56,412 nucleotides of DNA, from NCBI GenBank assembly GCA_013239625.1, contig MU054308.1, forward strand, positions 293,356 through 349,767, in the 5' to 3' direction. A model generated the notes under the pieces. The model had not been told where the DNA came from, made no database searches, and saw only the letters and a list, made by a program, of their open reading frames with translations. The position numbers were made by a program, and so were the translations under genes. Each line of letters begins with the position of its first letter. Within the stretch, counting starts at the first letter, position 1. Positions 14,100 through 26,369 of this stretch are shown here, one piece after another. This stretch comes from Lama guanicoe. Taxonomy: Eukaryota.

Positions 14100-14255
14100 T
14101 CTGATAGGAAATGAATCCGAGGGTCCGTTTCCTTCAGCTTTGGTATATAAGGTCTAGTTAAGTGTACCTGACAAAGGGTCCTTCCGTTCAGGTTGGAGAC
14201 AGTTCTTTAAGTCATGCCTGTTCCAGTATGTATAATCCCCTGGCTGCAGGTCATG
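14100..14255 (-). pseudogene. Degenerate retroviral integrase C-terminal (GPY/F-region) remnant
   Basis: Minus-strand translation HDLQPGDYTYWNRHDLKNCLQPERKDPCQVHLTRPYIPKLKETDPRIHF matches the class-I pattern LQPGDxVxxK...LQPRWKGPYQVLLT...KLKGIDSWIH. Confidence 0.75.
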
Positions 14256-17200
14256 GGGCATTGGAAATTTACCCAAGGATAGATTACTGAGCTTCAGAAA
14301 CAAACCTAGAGTATCCTTTTCATAATTCAATTAACCTTTACAGCAATGTGACATAACAGCAAAGAATGATCTGGGAAATGTCTTATTAAATATAGACTGC
14401 AATTAACAAAACTAGAATTTAATATCCACTAAAATATAATCTTTTTTCTCTCTAAAGTTGCCCTCATTTTTCTCAAATACTGCCAAATCAAGATTAATTT
14501 GTTTACAAGCTAAGTCTGATTATTTGATCATATAGGCTTTTTTAAATTGGCTGTGTTGGAACTTTTAATAACGAGTCTCAAGGTAGAATGTTAATAAGGT
14601 TTTCTAAGGCCAGGAAAGCCACATCAAGGGCTTGTCATGGGATTCTGACTTAAAGATTTAGGTAAATTCTTTTCTCTTTAAAATCCTTAAAATACCTTGA
14701 GATTCTCATATCTGTTAGGAGATGATCGTCCTCATTTGTCTGATAGAGACACTGGGGACCTAAGAGATTTTAGTCTCTTGACGGATCAGATTGAGAGAAA
14801 AGATAACTGTTCCAAGTCTGCTTACATAGGTATAATTTATCAAATTGCTGTGAATCATAACTAGCTTAAGGAGAAGAGTTTCTTTATGTCTGGGAAACAG
14901 GTTAAAAGCCAGTAGTATTTCAGACAAAATCAAAAATTATAATCATATTCACCAGTTTACTCAGTCCGATGTAACTAATTCCTTTAATCAGTTTTCATTA
15001 GACCTTTAAAATGTCTTACCCAGTTTAGTTCAGTGTTATAGTTTGAAATTTATTAGAAACCAGTAAATCTCCTTGAAGAGAAAGCATTTTGCAAAATCAC
15101 CAGAAGGAAACAATTAACTGTCTATAAATGACAAAAGATTTAAAAGCATGGTTAAACACAGTTACACTATAATCGATAAAGAAACCTGGTCACAATAACC
15201 AGAATTATGACTGGTAACATTTTAGATATGCCAGAATTTTAGGAAGTCCGTATAATTTCTAGAATATCTGTATTAATAATGTTTTCTCATTCAATATAAC
15301 CTTAGAAGATTTATTATTCTTTTGATAATACCATGTATTTAACATGCCAAATGAAATTTACTAGTTTAAAATCTCTCTTTGGGATGTTTCAGGGGTCCTC
15401 TGTAGCATCCCAAACTTAACTGGAGATTAAAAGAACTTTCATTAGAAATTGATATTTGGGGAGCTTGTTAAATGATTTCAAAACACTTGGTCACATAAAC
15501 ATATAGATCAATGTAAAGTAGTACATATTCATTAAGAAAATACGTCTAAGGTAAAGGCAGAACAGATCAGGTAAGTGGTATAAGAAGCTTTAAAATTTGT
15601 TACTGAAGGTGGATTAACATTTCAAGAAAATTTTGTCCTCTTAACAGGGAGAAAACCAAATCTAGTCTTGTACCAGCTTATGTCTAAGATTCATTTACTT
15701 TGCCCAAGTTGATTCTAAACTTAGCCATTTCCGACCACGTACAAAACTCTTTCCTCAGGGTTCCTCTTCCAAAAGCCTTCCACAGCTTTCTATACTCATA
15801 TTAGTTTGTGCCTTATTTTCTGTTCCATTCAGAAGTAACCAGCTTCAGGAGAAAGTCACTATTTTTCATTAACAAAATATAATTCCATTCTTATATCTTC
15901 CTTTACACATTTATCTTACTTTCCTAGGATACTGAGATCATTCCCTTAATAATAGAGACTATTTCAGGGTGGCACCAACCATTTATTAATATTTCTAAAC
16001 ACCTTTAGTTTCTCTGTAAGAGGAAGTTAAATGTTGTGTAATTCATATTTCAATCTTATTTTATCTGAAAATGGCATAGCTATTTATTAAAATCCTGTCA
16101 GTTAACTTAATGTATCACAACCCTAGAACTTAAAGATACCAATCATATAAAGATTATCTTAAGCATATATTTTAAAAATATATTTTAAAAATTTACCCAA
16201 ATCTCTCATCTCATTTGCATTTAATTTACTTAAAATTTACCACGCCACATTACTATTATTTTTTTCTTGATAAATCTGCAACAGATATAACAGGATCTTA
16301 TTTGACTTTCATTAAACCTAGGTACAGTAAAGGTATTACAGTTAATATTGATGACTTTAAAGATGTCTATATTAATTAGAACATACTTAAACTAAACAAT
16401 ATCAAATATTGTCTTAATATTGAATATTTTCCAGTTGACATGAAGCTGAAATTCAAATTGGTCAGTTTTTATTTTAAAAATACTTCATTTGTAAGCTCTT
16501 ACTTTTTACGTCATTTAAGCAGAGCTCTTTGAATTTGATTTTTTTTTTCAGCTGTAGAAATATCTCACATCTCTAATGTATATGCAGGCTTATAAAAAGA
16601 CAAAACTAGAGATCTCATAGCTTCACTTTAAAACTTACTTATAAGATAGGTATAATAAAAGTTAGAGTAAGCTGAATTTGCTTGCTCAAATCACTAAGGC
16701 TTACTATTTATGAAACAGACATGTAAGATTTCTTGACAAAATCTGGAGGACCCTTCAGAGTTCTGAGTTCTAAAATGCCAAAAATTTCTTGGCCTTAAGT
16801 TTTATCTCATTGATCTAATTAGGCTCAGTCCTAGGTCACTGTTTGCTGTATTTATATTTCTGATCTGCAAGACAAAGACAAACGCTTCCAGTTCCCCAGA
16901 GAACTGCTCTGTCACCCAGGTCCAATTGTATCTCCTTAATTGGCATTTTTGTATCAGTGAGAAGAGCTGTAAACAAAGAATTCCATGTTTTAAAACTTTA
17001 AGGTTTACTTTATCATGTCTTCCAAAGTTTGTATAAGGCATTTAGTAAGGTCTCTTTTCCTTGAGTTATAAGTTAAACCCAGGGTAAACCTGTTAGTGTA
17101 CATTTTTATTAGCCACTGAATATTAGTTTTTAGTTTTACATTATACTGGACGGCTCATGTAACACTATTGGTTTCCTTTACTTTGTATAATTAATATTTT

Positions 17201-19310
17201 CTGAGGAACAGATGTGGGCCCAGCCTTATAATACCAAAAAGGGTAGCGTTTTTCCATTGAAACATATCTATCCCACAACATAATTAAGCAGAAGGTTTAT
17301 ATAAAACCCATTTAAATGTACCAATTTTACAAACTTTTATCTCAATTTTATTAAATCTTATACCTTTAATTTTTATATTTATTAGGTTTAATCAGTAATT
17401 CTTATTTCTAGAAGGAGTGCCAGAAGCCTTTATGTGTGTGTGTGTGTGTTTGTGCATTGTATCTAATTTTATAGAAAAGTCTCTAGGATCCCCAAGTTTG
17501 AGTTAAAGAGCTTAGGCCCTTCTCAATTTTTAATTTGATTAATTGGTCTGTTGTCACAATCATTGATCAAGTATTTCAGTCTACATATAAATATATTTTA
17601 AACTGTGGTAAATAAAACGGACTTGTTTGAACTTTAATGTTGGGAGGCAATAGGTGATCTCTTTGGCCCTTTTTTTTAACTTTACTTAGTGTAGTATCTA
17701 AACCTAGTATCTAAATCCAAAAATGTCCATTTTATTTATCTCATTGAAGGTAATCATATAAAAATATTTATCCATTTTGGATAAGCCCCTCATCTTTTTC
17801 TTTTTTCTGAAATTTTTACAATCCTTTTTCCAGTTATTCAGCCATATTAACATTAATTATTCTAAGGTTTTATTAGCATCTCTAAAACCAATGATCGGAA
17901 AGGAAAAACACAAATGTAGCTTTTCAAACCATTTCTTTTAACTAAGTTCTTAGGTTAAACATTAAATATATTTTTCTACATTTATACTTGATTTTAATAG
18001 GTACCAATAAAACAGCTGTTTATAGTGTGAGCTCTTTCAACTTTCACTAATTTAAAAGTTTTTCCAAATTAAAGGATCCATCATATGGCCATCAATTTAT
18101 ATATATATATATATCGTGATTTTAAGCCAAGATGAAGAGGCTTTTCCACATGAGAGTGGGGTTTTGCCTAAATAAAATTCAAAAGTTTACTCTTCAAAAG
18201 GAAAAGGCCTTTGTGGTCCAGGCTGATGCAACAAAGTTTAAGATTGCAAAATGCCTGAAAATTAGTACTATAAAAAGATTGTTGAGAATCCCAATTTATT
18301 TGCATGGCCACCATATGTACACAATACTTGTACCTTTTGCATGGCAGAGTCCAAGTTTTCCTTTAAAAAAAAGGAAACACATATATACATACATACACAC
18401 ACATAAAACACTCAGAGAATGATATAACGTTCATAATTCAAGAACACAGGATGAGAAATCCAAGTTCCCACTAAAGGGGATTTTGTATTTATAAGTTCAG
18501 AATTCCAAAAAATGGTTTTATCACGCCTGGTTAGTTACTTTCAGAGTGAGTTTTTTTTTCTAATTCCCAAAAAATGTTGTGAGTTTTGTACGTATATAGA
18601 CATGGCTTTGGTATTAGTTGTAGGCTGGCTATCTGTTTTTTTTTTCTTTTCTTTTTTTTTTGAAAGTGCTTTTCCCCATTGTGAGGTCGGGTTCTCAGAA
18701 TAAAACTGCTAGTAAGATTTCCCGCAGGGACAACTCTATGGCATAGTCTTTGCCTCTACCACGCCTGCAAGATTCTCTGTCACCCGAGAAAGTTGTTACC
18801 AGCCAGGAGGAGGGTCCCATTTTTGGAGTTCAAAGGTTCCTCATAAGAATTTTACTTTTACCCTGAAACATTCAATGGAGGTAACCAAATTGAAGATAAC
18901 ATTAGACCAGCCTCTTACCTGACCACTCAGTCCTGAACCCAGTGTCTTTCAACTTGGACCCACTCGGGACGTCTCCACTGGGTGAGTATTTTCCTAGTAT
19001 GTTTCCATCAGCCCCACCTCGGACGTCTCCTTAAGGTGGATATTTCCCATGAACTTTCAACCAGGCCCCACCCAGCATGTCTCCACTGAGTGGGTAATTT
19101 CACCCAGTATCTTTCAACTGGAGGGCCAGGTACCTGGATACACCGCCAAATAAAACAGGATCATCAACCAATATGGGAGATCCAAGAACCAGAAGAGACT
19201 CACCCAAATCCACCTGGACTCTCCAAGGAAGCGGATGGGCACAAAGGGCCACTGCTGGTACCAAGGCTCCGGTTTCTCGGAGAGTTCAGGTGGAGAGAAG
19301 TCTGCTCTGG

Positions 19311-19328
19311 GTCCCTTCATGGTGTCCA
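19311..19328 (-). promoter_or_regulatory. Primer-binding site, tRNA-Arg-like
   Basis: Minus strand TGGACACCATGAAGGGAC lies just downstream of the 5' LTR and resembles the TGGCGACCACGAAGGGAC Arg-type PBS. Confidence 0.7.
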
Positions 19329-19335
19329 AAACTTT

Positions 19336-19806
19336 TGACTGAAATATATGTGTATCCTAAAAGTTAAGAGTTATGTTTTATTTGGTGGGAGGACTCGAGC
19401 CAGGATGACAGCCTCTCAGATCGCTCTGAGGGACTGCTCCCAAGAGGTTGAGGAGGAGCTAGGATATATAGCAGCTTTACAAGAAAGATCAGGTTGTTGG
19501 AACAATAAAAGATTGCTTGTTATCTAAAGAAAGCCAGGTATGTCAAGTTCAAGAATTTAGTGCTTTTCTATGTATGGGAGGAAGCAAACATATGGACTCA
19601 CTGAATTCATTCTTTAGACAAGCACCTAGCTATCTAGGGCCAGTATCCTGTCCATTCTTATTCTGAATCTGCTCAGAGGGCACCGTTGTGAGTGGCTGCA
19701 GAGGCTGGGCTGCAGGCCTGTTCTTGCTGGGGTGTGGCAGCAGCCTCTGATGACTTGGTTTCAGCATTCTTTGTTTACTGAAATGGTTGCAGTATTTTCA
19801 TTCACA
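19336..19806 (-). mobile_element. 5' LTR of the provirus
   Basis: tgactgaaat...cattcaca; partner of 12710-13178; adjacent to the PBS. Confidence 0.9.
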
Positions 19807-20164
19807 GAGTGATTATGGATAATCTGCAACCTTGGAAAGCAGCCGAGATGGAATTACTGCAGGTACCTTCTACTTTAATAAGCTGCATGCAAACATATAC
19901 ATGGAGGAAGCATACACTTGGATTTGGTGGTGCAGGGAAGGGTTTCTGCACATTACAGGAGAAGGCAAGGCAAAATTCCTCTTCTTTGTGGGCAGGGACG
20001 TGAGTCCACCTTTCTTGTCTGTCGTGTTTTCTGAGAACAGTTTATGGTAATTAACCAAAATTGACAACCAGTGGCACGCATAGCATTTAAGAGCTGGCCG
20101 GCTGCAAACATGTGTATTGGACAGGTGGATTTCACAGACAAGTGGTCAGGTGGATGGGAGAGAG

Positions 20165-20350
20165 CTGGAGCCCAGGCCTGGGGCCAGATTCAGGTTTAAA
20201 TCGCCATTTCCTCACCATAGGGCCTTGGACTAGAATGTAACCTCTCTTAACCTGTTGGTGAATCTGTGAAATGGGCATGATAATATCCATTCCTCCCTTG
20301 GATTGCTGTACATTGTAAAGAATATTATAGCACACATGAAGCACTTAACA
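20165..20350 (+). mobile_element. MIR SINE
   Basis: MIR-like core: aggtttaaatc...ccttgg...taacctctc...tctgtgaaatgggcatgataata. Confidence 0.55.
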
Positions 20351-22102
20351 CACTGGCACTTAGCAGTGTACACTTTGTGCGACCACCACGCTTGGCGTGT
20401 GTCAGAGCCGTAAAGGCAGCATGTGTCTGTTGAGGATGCACTGGTAGCCCCTTGAATAGTTTATGAATTTGATGATTTCCTTTAATCCTTGTAACTCTGT
20501 GTGCCATGGGCAGTTATTTTCATGGACAGATGAGGAATCTTAGGGTAAAGAAGTCTCTGTAATTTGCCCAAAGTCAGACCATAATTTTGGGTGCAGGGGC
20601 TTCGAATTAGCATGGGTCCCTGGGCCTTCTGCCCTCTCCGTTCAGCACCAGAGCCAGATGTGTGGTCGGCTGTCCCCCAGCCCAGAATATCCAGCAGGTT
20701 GCAAGACACACCTGGCCCTGTGCTTCTTTAGCAAAATCTCCGGAGGGGAGGCAGTTACAAAAGGGATAATCATAGAAACAGACGAGTGCAAACTGTGATC
20801 AGCTCTGAGAAGGAAAGAAACATGTCTCGCCGTGCAGAGCTGGGAGCTTTCCCATCGGGGCTGTTTGGCGTTCATTTCAGCTAAACAAGCTCTGCTGCTG
20901 CACCAAGGCAGGAAGGAAGGGGGCATGTGACCAGGTAGACTGGGCCTCGTTGATCATACTCATTCCCCATTAAGCGGCAGCTGTTACGGGCACTTACCTA
21001 GTAAACAGATCTCGGCCATAATCATCACTCACTTTGCTTGGTAGTTTTATTGGCCTCACCTTTGAGATGAGGTCATTGAAGCTGAGTTTGCTGCATGCCG
21101 GTGATCACTTTGGAAATACCCCCACTGGTCTTTCAACTTAGACTGGTTTGGCTGTCATGCCCCAGCCCTGTGAATGGCATCATGTAGCTTCTCCCAAGTG
21201 GCCCAAATAACTGATATTGATTTTCTTAATTCGTAGGAAATGGTATGTGACAATAAGAGAAAAAGGTAGTAAGAAATTGTTCGGAAAAATAGAAATAAAT
21301 CCAATTCTTCCCCAGCTGGGAGAGTGTACCCTGTGTCACTCACCCCACTCACTGCCTGGCACCTCCTCCCTGCCGACTTTGCGTTCAGAAGCAACTCTGA
21401 GCCTTTGAAGAACATTTTGCCTCATGACACTGTTGACTATTACCTGCGACCTCTCTGTCCCTGGTTAACTCTCTCTTCTAAGCCGCTTAAATTTTATGCA
21501 GGCTTCTCCGCTCAGATGTAAGAATAGCCTCTTTAAACTTCTTGATGCAGCTCCTTAATGAAGATCTTGCGAAGGAAACCTAGCCAAAACCTGGGATGTT
21601 TGCACATAGTGACCATAAACTCAGCATTTTGAGAAGTTCAGAATCAGAGGTGTGTGAGACATAGGAAAGGCATTTTAAGGTAGAAAGGGGAAAGTGAAAG
21701 GATGAAGGCTGTGTGAGACTGAAGCATCTCGGTCCCAGCCAGCAAGGCACCTGCGTTCATGATGGTGTGTGGAGAGTGCAGATTTCTCACAAAGAAAAAA
21801 GTGGTGGGATGGGAGGGAGGACAGTTAGATTCTTTACTCGGGAGGGAAAAATTGGGCTGAGCATTTTCTGGTTGAAAAAGAGGATTGTGACATGATGTGC
21901 TTGTATTTTGGAGAGAAGGGTTTTGTGGGTACAGGCCTAGGGAGAACGCTCTCTGGATGGGGATTCAGCACAACAGGGAACCACAAAGAACAAGGAAGAC
22001 CCCAGGGCCCCTGCTGGGGGAGAGCGTGTCCGCCAATTCGAGCCCTGGGGGCTGCTTCTGTCCCTTAGCTGGGGCCTCAGAGCTCCCTTCAAAACCCAGT
22101 CC

Positions 22103-22728
22103 TGTTGATACAAGAAAAAATACGTGGGGCATGAGAAGGGCTGTGTCCCAGGCTTTGGTTGTGCCCCTGGGATTTGCCCCGCCAGATGTTTGTCCTTGGC
22201 TTCCTACAGGAAAGAATTCAAGAGCAAGCCAGTATTGAGTAAAGTAGATTTATTCAGAGAGATACATTGAAAGGCAAGAGAAACGCCACGAGGTGTGGGG
22301 ATTTGATGCTCAGATTAAAAGCAGGTTCACAATCCACAGACAGAGTGTGGGCCTTCTCCGAAGTGGGAGAGAGGGATGACCGCGAGGTGGCGCTGTGTTG
22401 CTTGTTTTCTTGGGCTTGGTGTTTTCATATGCTAATAAGTAGAAGGACCAGCCTTAGGGCAAGGGAATGGGATTCCCAGGAAGTTGGCAATTTCCCTCCC
22501 TTTGACATTTTGTGGCTAGCCTTGGGACTACCATGGTGCCTGGGGGCATGTTATTCACCGTGTTACTATTACAGTGGGTGTATAATGAAGCTCAAGATCT
22601 GCTAGAAGTTAAATCTCTTCATCCTGAGCCTCAAGGCCTATTGGGGGTTGAATGCTTCACCATTTTGATGTTAATTGCTGTGGTCTTCCTTGAATGGCTG
22701 TGCTCTGCCCCCTTCCATCATGTCTCTC
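22103..22728 (-). mobile_element. Solo ERV LTR (approximate bounds)
   Basis: Starts tgttgatac; contains ccttggcttcctacaggaaagaattcaagagc and a minus-strand AATAAA (gatttattc, ~22250), typical of ERV1 LTRs. TSD not resolved. Confidence 0.6.
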
Positions 22729-23007
22729 TGTGATGACACAGAGAGAGCAAAGTCCGGGCCCAGCCTGTGCTCCTGCATTTAACAGGGAGAGGGGTGGGGT
22801 GGGCTGAGGATGACTCTGAGTGGTGAGAAGGATGTTTCAGACTTTCGCACGTGGGACATGGGTACCTTCCAGCAGCCACCGCTGATTTTTCTCATGGGCA
22901 TTATCGCTTGTGTCACTCATTTTTTCTATTTTTCTTTTTAGTTTTTTTAAGTATTTAATCTAAATTTAATATCAGGAATTTTAGGAAAGAAATTTCTCTT
23001 TTTCTTT

Positions 23008-23136
23008 TCTTTGGGGCTCTTTTGGGGGGGTAGGTAATTAGGTGTATTTATCTGTTAGTGGAGGCCCTGGGGCTTGAACCCAGGACCCCGTGTACGCTAT
23101 GTACATGCTCTATCACTGAGCTCTACCACCCGCCCC
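23008..23136 (-). mobile_element. tRNA-derived SINE, camelid vic-1-like
   Basis: Reverse complement reads GGTAGAGCTCAGTGATAGAGCATG...GGTCCTGGGTTCAAGCCCCAGGGCCTCCA...CCTAATTACC (A box, B box, vic-1-type tail), flanked by a tctttttcttt TSD-like repeat. Confidence 0.8.
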
Positions 23137-24106
23137 ATCATCTTTTTCTTTTTGCTTTAGCTGCCAAGAATCTTACAGCTGAATTTCTAGCCGCTGTTTA
23201 TCACTTACCCTGACTTAATGGCATCAGTTTTTATGACTTTACCTCCCCCTGGTTTCATGTAAGTATTGAATCTACATTTTCTCTTCACTCTCACCTTTGT
23301 CTTTTTGTTGCTACTGTTGTTAAGCTGTGTTTAAAAAATTGTTTAATTTCTCTTTTAGTAGGAGGCTGAAAGTAAATAAATATGTAAACAAACTTATCAC
23401 ACTTAAATGCATTTATACATTCTAAGCTGTTAATAGTTACTTAAAAACTGAATTGAATACTAAAGTGATAACTTTTTTAAATTATTTTTTAATTTTTTAT
23501 AAAGGTATAGCTGATTTACAATATGATATAAGTTTCAGGTATACAATACATGCTCCACTTATAGTTATTGTAAAACATTGGCTGTATTCCCTGTGTTGTA
23601 TGATACATCCGTGTAGCGTGTTTATGTTACATGTAGCAGTTTGTATAAGAAAGTTGGGTAACACAGAGTTTGGGGTGTGGCTGTGTCTGACCCAGTTTCT
23701 CGGTTCCCCTGCCTGTCAGAGCCCAGGCCCTCTCTCCTTTCTGCAGGGGAGTGAGTGGAGGCAGCTCTCATCAGCGCTGGCACCACCCTCTGAGTATCAG
23801 GGACAGCAGTGACTGTGGACATGCAAAGTGTTGTTCCTGGAGCTTTACATGCATTTCTTCATTTCTTATTTAAAGCCCTCCTGTGAGGAATCGTTTTATG
23901 TTTTTAATGAATAGTACACTTTATTTTTATTTTGATAGACATCAAACTTCCAGAAAATTTATAGTACTACAATGAACACTTAGATATAGTTCACCTAAAA
24001 GGGCAGTATTTGTCCTTTTGTGTCTGGCTTAATTTAGTATACTTTTTCAAGGTTCATCCATGTTGTAGCCTGAAACATTAATTTATTCTTTTGATTTAAT
24101 AATATC

Positions 24107-25567
24107 TTTTTTCTTTTTTTTTTGGTTTTGGTCTATTTAAAAATAGTTTCACTGAAGTCTAGTCAGTTTATAATGTTGCGTCAGTTTCTTGTTTACAGCA
24201 CAACTCTTCAGTTATATAGGAACATTCATGTATTCACTTTCATATTCTTTTTCAACATAAGTTACTATAAGATATTAAAGATATTTCCCTGTGCTATACA
24301 GTATAAACTTGCTGTTTATTCTATACATAGTCAGTATCTGAAAATCTTGAACTCCCAACTTATCCCTTCCCACACTGTCTCCCCTCTGGTAACCCTAGTT
24401 TGCTTTCTATGTCTCTGTGCCTATTTCTGTTCTGTAGATAAGTTTGTCTTTTTTTGTTTTGTTTTGTTTTGTTTTAGATTCCAGATATGAGCAATCTCAT
24501 ATGGTATTTTTCTTTCTCTTTCTGGCTTACTTCTCTTTGAATGACATTCTCCAGGTCCATTCATGTTGCTGTAAATGGCATTATTTTATTATTTTTTATG
24601 GCTGAGTAGTAGTCTATGGTAAATATATACTATAACCTCTTTATCCAGTCATCTGTCATTGGACATTTAGGTTGTTTCCATGTCTTGGCTATTGTAAATA
24701 GTGCTGCTGTGAACATTGGGGAGCAGGTGTCTTTTTGAATTAGGGTTCCTTCTGAATATATGCCCAGGTGTGGGATTGCTGTGTCATATGGGAAGTCAAT
24801 TTTTTGTCTTTTGGGGAATCTCCATAATGTTTTCCACAATGGCTCCACCAAACTGCATTCCCAGCACAGTGCAGAGGGTTCCATATTCTCCACAGCCTCT
24901 CCAGCATTTATTGTTTGTGAACTTCTGAATGATGGCTATTCTGAATGCTGTGAGGTGATACTTGATTGCAGCTTTGATTTGCATTTGTCTAATAATGATA
25001 TTGAGCGTTTTTTCATGTGCCTATTGGCCATCTGTATGTTTTCATTGGAGAAATGTTTGTTTAGGTCTTCTACCCATTTTTGGATTGAATTGTTTGTTTT
25101 TCTTTCTTATCAAATGTAAAAGCCCTTTATATATTCTGGGAATTAAGCCCTTGTCAGTTTCATTCATTGCAAATATTTTCTCCCATTCCATAGGTTGTCT
25201 TTTTGTTTTGCTTATTGATTCCTTTGCTGTGCAAAAGCTTGTAAGTTTAACTAGATCCCACTTGGATATTTTTGCTTGTATTTCTATTGCTTGAGTAGAC
25301 TGCTCTAGGAGAACATTGCTGAGATGTATGTCAGATGTTTTGCCTATGTTTTCTTCTAAGAGGTTTATATTGTCTACATGTCTACATGTTTAAGTCTTTA
25401 AGGCATTTTGAGTTTATTATTGTGTATGCTGTGAGGGAGTAGTCTAACTTCATTGATTTACATGCAGCTGTCCAGTTTTCCCTACACCATTTGCTGAAGA
25501 GGCTGTCTTTACTCCATTGTATGTTCTCACCTCCTTTGTCAAAGATTCAATGACCAAAAGTTTGTGG
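24107..25567 (-). mobile_element. Younger 5'-truncated LINE-1 (ORF2 C-terminus, 3'UTR, polyA)
   Basis: ORF2 C-terminal peptide LWKTLWRF...PYDTAIPHLGIY...CSPMFTAALFTIAKTWKQPKCP; poly-T at ~24107-24123; frame disrupted. Confidence 0.9.
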
Positions 25568-25705
25568 AACTATTCTTGATAATTTTGTTTATCCATTCAT
25601 TGATGGATGGGTATTGTTTGTAACTTTTGGCTACTCTGAATGATACTACTATGAATATTGATTTGCAAGTTTTTGTGAGAATATGTTTTCATTCTGTTGG
25701 CTGTA

Positions 25706-25847
25706 CAGATGACCCGCCATATCTGTAGTTTCCACTTCATGGATCCAGATGGCTGATTGTAAAGAGACTCGAACATCCTTGGATTATGAAATGCCGGGAG
25801 GTGGGTTCCTGAAACCAACTCCCGGAGGACACTGAGAGATAACACTA
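25706..25847. mobile_element. Tigger/MER2-type MITE
   Basis: Degenerate terminal inverted repeats (cagatgacccgccatatctg ... ggacactgagagataacacta) with TA flanks, interrupting L1. Confidence 0.55.
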
Positions 25848-26262
25848 TATGTAGGAGTAGAATTGCTTAGCCATATGATAAATCTAACCTTTTGAGGAAA
25901 CGCCAGACTTTTCCAAAGAAGCTGCACCATTGCCCCTTTCCACCGGCTGCATATGAGGGTTCCCATTTCTCTGCCTCCTGACCGATACTTTTTATTGTCC
26001 ATGTTTTGATTATAAGAATCCTAGTGGGTGTAAAATGAGATCTCATTTTGATTTTGATATGGCTAGTGATGCTGAGCATCTTTTCATATGCTTATTGGCC
26101 ATTTGTGTATCTATTTAAATCCTTGACAAATTAAAAATTGGGTCGATTTTCTTTGTATTGTTCTGTTGTAAGCATTTGTTTTTGATCCTGGATACTAGTC
26201 TCTTATTAGAAATGTGCTTTGCAAAATTTTTCTCCTATTCTGCAGATTGTCGTTTCACATTA

Positions 26263-26369
26263 CTTTTTTTAAACATTAAAACAATTTCTTTATAGGGAAG
26301 GTAATTAGATTTATTCTTTTTTTTTTTTTGCCAAGCACACACTCTATCACTTGAGCTTCCCCGTTCCCC
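26263..26369 (-). mobile_element. Internally deleted vic-1-like SINE
   Basis: ggtaattag tail motif and ctctatcacttgagct A-box present, B-box region missing; flanked by the tttcacatt direct repeat. Confidence 0.6.

Larger units (their letters stand above)
12710..19806 (-). mobile_element. Two-LTR class-I (ERV1-like) provirus, non-autonomous or decayed
   Basis: Direct-repeat LTRs at 12710-13198 and 19336-19806; imperfect 4-bp TSD (gact/gagt); PBS at 19311-19328; polypurine tract next to the left LTR; integrase C-terminal remnant; no long ORFs. Confidence 0.9.

Noticed and set aside
18938..19120. CRISPR-like repeat-spacer array
   Set aside because: Mammalian ERV leader; units are degenerate whole-unit repeats, with no unique spacers and no cas genes.
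23058..23136. tRNA gene
   Set aside because: A/B boxes are followed by a SINE tail and TSD-like flanks; no intact cloverleaf.
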